Source: an uncultured Acidimicrobiia bacterium (GTDB taxonomy: Bacteria > Actinomycetota > Acidimicrobiia > Acidimicrobiales > JACDCH01). From it: DNA of 64,000 nucleotides. The stretch lies in NCBI GenBank assembly GCA_963721305.1, contig CAVRIR010000003.1:600884-664883 (forward strand), read 5' to 3'. This document shows, piece after piece, positions 58,083 through 64,000 of this stretch. Under the pieces are notes generated by a model, which did not search any database, had not been told where the DNA came from, and saw nothing but the letters and a program-made list of their open reading frames with translations. A program made the translations under genes and the position numbers. Every line of letters starts with the position of its first letter. Positions within the stretch are counted from its first letter, which is position 1.

Positions 58083-59201
58083 ATGTCGATGACGGAGACC
58101 AAGGCGCCACCGATGCTCGGTGGCATCGACCATCTCGAGTGGTGGGTCGGCAACGCCCGGGCGTTCGCCGGATTCCTGTGCTCTGCGTTCGGGTTCACGC
58201 CGATGGCCCACGCCGGCCCCGAGACCGGCCGCCGCGATCGTGTGTCGTATCTCTTGCAGCAGGGCGACGTCCGCTTCCTCGTGACCGGCGGTCTCGGCCC
58301 CGACGACATCGTCACCGACCACGTCCGTCGGCACGGCGACGGCATCCGAGACATCGCGTTCGTGGTGCCCGACGTCGACGGCGCGTACGACGCCGCCTTG
58401 GCGCGCGGCGCCACCGCCTTCCGTCCGCCCGCCGACGACGTCGACGCCGCCGGCAACGGCACGATCCGACACGCCGCGATCGCGACGTACGGCGAGACGG
58501 TGCACACCTTCCTCGACCGCTCCCGCTACGACGGACCGTTCGCGCCGGCGTACGAGCCGTCGCCCTTACGCGCGCCGATCGGTCCGCGCGCCGGCATCGA
58601 GCGCATCGACCACGTCGTCGCGAACGTGGAAGAGGGCGCCCTGCAACATTGGGTCGGCTACTACGAGGACGTGCTCGGGTTCGACAGACTCGTGCACTTC
58701 TCGGACGACGACATCTCGACCGAGTACTCGGCGCTCATGTCGACCGTCGTGTGGAACCACGACAAGATCGTCCTGCCGATCAACGAGCCCGCCGAGGGCC
58801 GCAAGAAGAGCCAGATCGAGGAGTACCTGGACTACTACGGCTCGCCTGGCGTGCAACACATCGCGCTGCACACGCGCGACATCATCTCGAGTGTCCACGC
58901 GCTGCGCGATCGCGGTGTGCGGTTCCTCGATGTGCCGGCCAGCTACTACGCCGAAGCGCGCGAACGGGTCGGGGAGGTCGGCGCAACGCTGCCATGGGAG
59001 CGACTGGCCGAGCTCGGCATCCTGATCGACCGCGATCCCGATGGCTACCTGTTGCAGATCTTCACGGAGTGCGTCACCGACCGCCCGACCGTGTTCTTCG
59101 AGATCATCCAACGGGAGGGCGCCAAGGGGTTCGGCGAGGGCAACTTCAAGGCCCTCTTCGAGGCCATCGAGCGCGAACAGGAACGCCGCGGCAACCTGTA
59201 G
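58083..59201 (+). CDS. hppD: 4-hydroxyphenylpyruvate dioxygenase
   Basis: IDHLEWWVGNA...IDHVVANVE...PINEPAEGRKKSQIEEYL..Y.GPGVQHIAL...QIFT...FFEIIQR.GA.GFGEGNFKALFEAIEREQ. Confidence 0.9.
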   Translation: MSMTETKAPPMLGGIDHLEWWVGNARAFAGFLCSAFGFTPMAHAGPETGRRDRVSYLLQQGDVRFLVTGGLGPDDIVTDHVRRHGDGIRDIAFVVPDVDGAYDAALARGATAFRPPADDVDAAGNGTIRHAAIATYGETVHTFLDRSRYDGPFAPAYEPSPLRAPIGPRAGIERIDHVVANVEEGALQHWVGYYEDVLGFDRLVHFSDDDISTEYSALMSTVVWNHDKIVLPINEPAEGRKKSQIEEYLDYYGSPGVQHIALHTRDIISSVHALRDRGVRFLDVPASYYAEARERVGEVGATLPWERLAELGILIDRDPDGYLLQIFTECVTDRPTVFFEIIQREGAKGFGEGNFKALFEAIEREQERRGNL

Positions 59202-59224
59202 GGCTAACCTGAGCCGCCCACCCG

Positions 59225-59298
59225 GGGCGATTAGCTCAGTTGGCTAGAGCACCTGCATGACGCGCAGGGGGTCGGGGGTTCGAATCCCTCATCGCCCA
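59225..59298 (+). tRNA. tRNA-Val (anticodon GAC)
   Basis: GGGCGAT acceptor pairs with ATCGCCC. Anticodon arm cctgc-atgacgc-gcagg, T arm ggggg-ttcgaat-ccctc, discriminator A. Confidence 0.85.
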
Positions 59299-59300
59299 CG
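59287..59300 (+). repeat. left copy of 14-bp target-site duplication CCTCATCGCCCACG (last 12 nt of tRNA-Val plus 2)
   Basis: Identical 14-mer at 60626..60639, directly abutting both IS ends. Confidence 0.8.
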
Positions 59301-60625
59301 CGTGTGATGTCGCGAGACATCGGAAACACCTTGAACCCTTATCTCGGTGGCTGGCGGGGTTTGGGTCCTGGTGGCCGTCCGAGGGGTTGGTAGTTCTTGG
59401 CGGGGTCGATGGTGAGTTTGCGGATGAGCTCGCCGGTGGTGGCGTGGGCGACGCGGACGTCGAGGTTGTGGACGAGAACGATCACGCGGGTGCCGCGGTG
59501 TTCGGCGCCGAGGCCGATGTGGTGGAGGCGCCCGTTGACGCGCAGAGTGATCTTTGCGCTGTGGTCGACGGTGTCGTGGCGGACGCGGTCGTGGCTGTCG
59601 TCGCGGTCGCCTGGGGATGCTTTGGGTCGCCGGTGGTAGGCGTCGGCTGGTGTGCATCGCTGCGGTAGGGATCGGTGCGGTCGTTGGTGGTTGTAGTGCT
59701 CGGCGAACGCGTCGAGCAGTGCTTGTAGCTCGGCGATGGTCACGGGCTGGTCGGGTTGCGCGTCGAGCCATCGCTTGAGGGTCTGGTGGAAGCGTTCGAC
59801 TTTCCCGCAGGTTGTCGGATGGTTGGGCCGGGAGTTCTTCTGCGTGATGCGGAGGCGGCGAAGCTCGGCCTCGAAGCCGTTGCGGCCGCCTTTGCCACCG
59901 GCGAAGCGGGTGGTGAACACCATGCCGTTGTCGGTCAGCGTCGACGCGGGCACGCCGTGGTGGGCGATAGCGGCGCGGAACTCGTTGAGCACGATCGGTC
60001 CGGTGACGCGGTGGTGCGCGGTGAGGCGCAGGGCGTAGCGGGCGTGATCGTCGAGCCAGCACAGGACCTCGACGTCGACGCCGCCAGCGAGGCGGTAGTG
60101 GGTGAAGTCGGCCTGCCAAGTCTCGTTGGGCTGCTCGGCTTGGAAGCGCACATAGCTCGAGCGCGGACGCTTGTGCGGCTGGGGGGTGACGAGTCCCGCA
60201 CGGTGCAGATAGCGCCCGATCGTGGCGGCCGACAGCGACACGCCATGGTGGTGCGCGAGATGCCAGCGGATCGTCTCCGCTCCGGCGTCGTCGCCGGCTT
60301 CGACGAGCCGACGCCGCAGCTCGACGATCACAGCGACAACATCGAGCGGCGTCGCCCTCGGCGAGTTGTTCGCCCGCCGTGACTTCGGCTCGAACGCGGC
60401 GTCGCCTTCGTCGCGGTAGCGGGCCACCAGCCGCGACACCCAGCCCGGCGACACGCCATAGTCACGACCGACCTCCCGAACCCCACGGCCCTCGAGGACC
60501 ACTGCAGTGATGACAAGCCGGGCACGTGACATGCCCGAGCGTCAAGACCTGCATCGCCGCCACGGTGGACCTCAGGTGTTTCCCATGACGCGCGACAGGT
60601 GTTTCCTATGTCCTGACATCACACA
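59301..60625 (-). mobile_element. IS481-family insertion sequence (1325 bp) with imperfect terminal inverted repeats
   Basis: Ends are cGTGTGATGTC...GACATCACACa. The subterminal GGAAACACCT motif occurs once at the left end and twice (inverted) at the right end. Single rve-type transposase ORF, flanked by a 14-bp direct repeat. Confidence 0.85.
59339..60532 (-). CDS. IS481 family transposase (HTH + DDE/rve integrase core)
   Basis: 397 aa; PNETWQADFTHY...WLDDHARY...TDNGMVFT...NHPTTCGKVERFHQTLK...YNHQRPHRSL. Confidence 0.9.
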   Translation of the reverse strand: MSRARLVITAVVLEGRGVREVGRDYGVSPGWVSRLVARYRDEGDAAFEPKSRRANNSPRATPLDVVAVIVELRRRLVEAGDDAGAETIRWHLAHHHGVSLSAATIGRYLHRAGLVTPQPHKRPRSSYVRFQAEQPNETWQADFTHYRLAGGVDVEVLCWLDDHARYALRLTAHHRVTGPIVLNEFRAAIAHHGVPASTLTDNGMVFTTRFAGGKGGRNGFEAELRRLRITQKNSRPNHPTTCGKVERFHQTLKRWLDAQPDQPVTIAELQALLDAFAEHYNHQRPHRSLPQRCTPADAYHRRPKASPGDRDDSHDRVRHDTVDHSAKITLRVNGRLHHIGLGAEHRGTRVIVLVHNLDVRVAHATTGELIRKLTIDPAKNYQPLGRPPGPKPRQPPR

Positions 60626-60639
60626 CCTCATCGCCCACG
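60626..60639 (+). repeat. right copy of 14-bp target-site duplication
   Basis: CCTCATCGCCCACG immediately after the right IS end. Confidence 0.8.
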
Positions 60640-61118
60640 GCCCGTTGTCAGAGTTACAACGTTTGCCCTGGTCAGAGGCCATTTCGTCGTGTCCGGTCGC
60701 TCGGACCAATGTTCGTCGCGTCTTTCAAACCCCGGTGATCCGGCGCACGTTCAGTCGAGACCCAGCCGTCCGATCGGCAGCGGTATGTCGGTGGGACACG
60801 GCAGCAGCATTGACGCGCTTCGCGTCGTGCCGGACCCGCCCCAGCCGCCTAGATCGCTGGCTGTGTGCGGCTCAGCATCCGCGACCAACGTCGCCGCGAA
60901 AATCGCCGAGCACCGCTCCACCGAGCGTCGTGGTTCAGTCAGTCAGTTGGTCGACGCGACGGAGACGCAGTCCGCTGTCGCGGATGGCTCGACTCTTCGT
61001 GACGGCAGCGACTGAACCGGCGGCGCGTCGCCGACGTTGACCACGTCGGGCTCGGCTCCGTGTGGTTGCGCCGGGTTGGCGGTCGTCGGCCGGATTCGCC
61101 CGAGTTCGGAGAGCACGT

Positions 61119-64000
61119 CTAGTCGAGATCTGCGATCCACAGCAACGCGATGGACGACGGCCACTCCGGCTGACGGTCGTCGACGAGCACGCTGATGAGG
61201 ATCCGCTCGACCCATGCCTGCTTCACCAACCGCTCCACCGCCGGCTCGCGCCCATGGAAAGTCCGCTCGTGGCCTGACTCGAGCAATAGCGTGAAGCCCT
61301 CGAAGTCGCCGAAGCGGTCGTAGAACACCGCGACCACTTTCCCGATGAACTCAGCGCCGAAGCGAGAAACGTGTCGTCCGCCCTGATCATCCCCGTCGTG
61401 CTCGTGGCCGGGATGCCTCGGATGCCCTGGTACGTCCCCGGAGGGCGACGGCCCAATCACGTTCGGGTTGCCGTCGAAGCCGAGGACCCGACCGGCGATG
61501 AGTTGCTCGTACTTGCGCAGCACCGGAAGCCAGCGGCTCGTGACCTCCGTGACGCTGATCCGCCAACGGATCCATGCCAGGAGCCGCTCCTCGGGGTAGA
61601 GCAGGTTGTCCTTCATGGTGATCGGGATCCGAACCTGGAACGCGCCACGGAGCTGCCGCCAGGCGAGTGCGTAGCCAGGAACGCCGGCCTCCCGCTGGGC
61701 GAGGTTCGGCGAGCTGTCCTTGGTATGCCTGAACAGCTGGGCTGGGGAGAGCTGCTGGACCCCGATGTCGTAGATGTCGCCACGTCGTATGCCCGGAGGA
61801 AGGTCCAGCGACAACAGCCCCGCGTAATGGCCGGCACCGGGAGGCACCGGGATGAAGCTGATACCCGCGGCCGGGCACTGGATCGTGTGACTGTCGAACG
61901 CGACCAGTTGGTGGCTGCGGTACATCCGGTCGGCCAGCACGATGACCTCGGCGGCGTCCACCTCCGGCAGGTAGAACGAGGCGATCGAATCCTTGGGCGT
62001 GTTGCCCCACGTCACCAGCAGCTCGTCCAGGCCGAGCGACGCGGGGTCGCTGGCGCGGATCTCAAACGGATGGGGCATGACGCGAGATGGCTCGGCGCCG
62101 GGGTTCGGGCCGTCGATCCAGGCGATGTTGCGCTGAGCGAGCTTGTCCGACGTCGTGCCGCTCGCGCCGTTGGGGATAGGCGTATCGTCGTACCGGATCT
62201 CGGCGATCAGGCACTGGTGCGGCGCGGCGGTGATCGCTGAGTTGATGGACGACGTGCCGGTCCACGGCCCATCCCAATTCGACTGACCGCCCGATGGGGG
62301 CGTGGGCACGAGGAACTTCTGACCGGGCTGATTGATGTCCAGCCAGCACCCGAAGTAGGAGTCGACCTCGACGTTAGGTGAGGTCACGATCGATCGCGCG
62401 TTGGGCGAGTCGATCTGGGTGTTCATGTCGGCCGGGCTGGTCAGGTTCACGCGCCTGCTGGCGAAGCACGGTACCGAGCTGTATTCGAGCGCACCGGACT
62501 GATTGGTCTGCACGCCGAGGAGGGCGATCTTGTGCCCGGCGGTGCCGTTCGAGCCCCACCGGTAGGACCCCTGTCCCTGGCCGACCTCGGTGAAGGTCGA
62601 AGAGGTGGTCGCCGCTGGGAAGAGTCGGAAGAACACGCGTACCGGTTCGACCGTGACGACGGAGCTGGCCAGGATCCGCACACGTGCGACCGCGAAGTTG
62701 AAGGTCGGGTCGTGGGTCGTGGAGTTGTCAGCCAAGAACTCCAGTGCGGACAGCTCTTCGCTTTGCTGCAGTGTCGTCTCGAATGTGTCGCCATTCGTGA
62801 TTAGCGAAGGGTTGTTCAACCGATCCAGAACGGAGGTGATGTATCCGGGCGCGTCTGCTGCGGTGGAAGGGTTGGGTACACCGAACATCGTGTGAGCCTG
62901 AGTCGGCGTCACCTTGAAGAACCGCAGGTCGTAGCTCAGCCAGGTCGGGAACGCCGTCGGGTGGTCCGGATCCGTATCGGTGAAATACGGGTCCTCGCCC
63001 TTCGTCAGCTCGATCGGTGCCGACGTGGTCACCGTGATCGGCCCGACGGTAAAGGTGGCGTGCAGCGTGAGGATCGCAACCTCGTGTACCTGGAGCGCGT
63101 TGAACGCCGCGCTGCCGGCGAACGACACGGTGTAGGGGTAGAGGAACTGCTGCATCTCCGAGACCAACGAGGGATCTGTCGCCTCGATTGGTGACGGTCC
63201 GAACGTGGACACCGCAGGCAGGTTGGCTCGGATCGTCGACCGCTGGCTCGACGTCAGGGAGCTGTTGAGGGCGTCGTCGAGCGTGACCGTGATGTTTGGT
63301 GCGGGTGACGGCGGCTGGTTCAACGCGGCTGCGGTCGCGAAGCCGAGCGCTTCGTTGGTGAAACCCTGCACCGACAGCCAGAAGGCCTTCGGCCAGCTGG
63401 TGTGGACGATGACCTCGTCCTGGCCGAACGTCGCCTTGTTGATGACGAAGCCGATCTCGGGGATCGCCAGCGGTGCCCCCCAGATCTGCTCGACGGCCGT
63501 CGTACTGCCCCGCCGATCGGTCCAGCACCCGAAGAAACGGCCGTGCGCGACGCTCAACCCGATGTAGTCGCCGAACTCCTGCGCGTTGTCCTGGGGCGTG
63601 ACGGCCTCATCGGTGCCCAACGTCGTGACTTGGATTGCCGGCGACCACGTCCCTCCGAAGTCGGTCGAGTACTGCATCCAGATGTCGGCTTGCACACGGT
63701 TGGCGTCGTTGACGGTGTCGTAATAGATGATCATCATCCGGCCGCTGTCGTCGTCGACGGCAAGCCGCGGGAAGAACTGATCGTTCTTGCCGGCCTGGTC
63801 GTTGATCTTCACCGCCGCCGACCAGTTCTGGCCGCCGTCGGTCGAGCGCGCGAACCAAACTCGCGTCTTGCACGCCGACGTGGTTGTGGTTCCCGGAGCG
63901 TTGGCGGGAGAGTTGCACCCGGTGCCGCCGGCCAGGTCGTGCCAGCACGCGTATACGTCGTCGCGCCCGCTGCCGCTGTAGGCCCCGCCGCTGAGGTTGA
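61119..64000 (-). CDS. large protein: N-terminal BNR/sialidase-like propeller (partial, 5' end outside window) fused to about 750 aa with no recognisable domain
   Basis: The frame stays open to position 64000 (hand translation upstream of the track's GTG 63812 gives ...VWFARSTDGGQNWSAAVKIN...). Asp-box motifs STDGGQNW and STDFGGTW. The rest is unrecognised, ending in a His/Gly/Pro linker and a small YDRFGDFEGF domain. Confidence 0.7.
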   Translation of the reverse strand, partial: NLSGGAYSGSGRDDVYACWHDLAGGTGCNSPANAPGTTTTSACKTRVWFARSTDGGQNWSAAVKINDQAGKNDQFFPRLAVDDDSGRMMIIYYDTVNDANRVQADIWMQYSTDFGGTWSPAIQVTTLGTDEAVTPQDNAQEFGDYIGLSVAHGRFFGCWTDRRGSTTAVEQIWGAPLAIPEIGFVINKATFGQDEVIVHTSWPKAFWLSVQGFTNEALGFATAAALNQPPSPAPNITVTLDDALNSSLTSSQRSTIRANLPAVSTFGPSPIEATDPSLVSEMQQFLYPYTVSFAGSAAFNALQVHEVAILTLHATFTVGPITVTTSAPIELTKGEDPYFTDTDPDHPTAFPTWLSYDLRFFKVTPTQAHTMFGVPNPSTAADAPGYITSVLDRLNNPSLITNGDTFETTLQQSEELSALEFLADNSTTHDPTFNFAVARVRILASSVVTVEPVRVFFRLFPAATTSSTFTEVGQGQGSYRWGSNGTAGHKIALLGVQTNQSGALEYSSVPCFASRRVNLTSPADMNTQIDSPNARSIVTSPNVEVDSYFGCWLDINQPGQKFLVPTPPSGGQSNWDGPWTGTSSINSAITAAPHQCLIAEIRYDDTPIPNGASGTTSDKLAQRNIAWIDGPNPGAEPSRVMPHPFEIRASDPASLGLDELLVTWGNTPKDSIASFYLPEVDAAEVIVLADRMYRSHQLVAFDSHTIQCPAAGISFIPVPPGAGHYAGLLSLDLPPGIRRGDIYDIGVQQLSPAQLFRHTKDSSPNLAQREAGVPGYALAWRQLRGAFQVRIPITMKDNLLYPEERLLAWIRWRISVTEVTSRWLPVLRKYEQLIAGRVLGFDGNPNVIGPSPSGDVPGHPRHPGHEHDGDDQGGRHVSRFGAEFIGKVVAVFYDRFGDFEGFTLLLESGHERTFHGREPAVERLVKQAWVERILISVLVDDRQPEWPSSIALLWIADLD

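Noticed and set aside
60640-61118. 177-aa plus-strand ORF (60507..61040) and other ORFs between IS481 and the large BNR gene
   Set aside because: The ORF starts inside the IS, its composition is Arg/Ser/Pro-rich nonsense, and it has no motifs.

Overview
Visibly GC-rich chromosomal segment with Actinomycetota hallmarks: MurT/GatD, a mycothiol-type DinB-fold enzyme, F420-type LLM and PPOX enzymes, a SARP regulator, and many GTG/TTG starts with 4-nt GTGA/ATGA gene overlaps. Housekeeping genes (ABC exporter pair, murT-gatD, aldehyde dehydrogenase, putA, hppD, alcohol dehydrogenase, peptide-type SBP) alternate with accessory DNA. The main accessory elements are below.

- **tRNA-Cys island:** about 11.6 kb integrated into tRNA-Cys and bounded by a 42-bp direct repeat of the tRNA 3' half. 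It carries an IS110 element and decayed modification/resistance-like cargo, but no intact integrase.
- **RCC1 lipoproteins:** two paralogous FN3 + RCC1-repeat beta-propeller lipoproteins, one with 14 blades and one with 7. They bracket a roughly 10-kb block of secreted/lipoprotein genes, a vapBC pair and small regulators.
- **SARP and ECF sigma:** a SARP/STAND regulator lies directly upstream of an ECF sigma gene. An exact 11-bp direct repeat at 22-bp spacing sits between them.
- **Envelope glycan operon:** a putative operon follows putA, encoding a PIG-V-like GT-C, a GT2, a YdjC-type deacetylase, a methyltransferase and a 4-TM protein.
- **IS481 element:** inserted exactly at the 3' end of tRNA-Val, with a 14-bp target duplication.
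- **Large BNR fusion protein:** more than 950 aa, mostly unrecognisable, and running off the window end.

At least 12 single-base frame disruptions interrupt otherwise recognisable genes, including core putA. This looks more like indel error in the assembly than biology, so every 'pseudogene' call here is provisional. No rRNA, CRISPR array or recognisable defence system was seen. All calls rest on reading translated motifs by eye; no database search was run.
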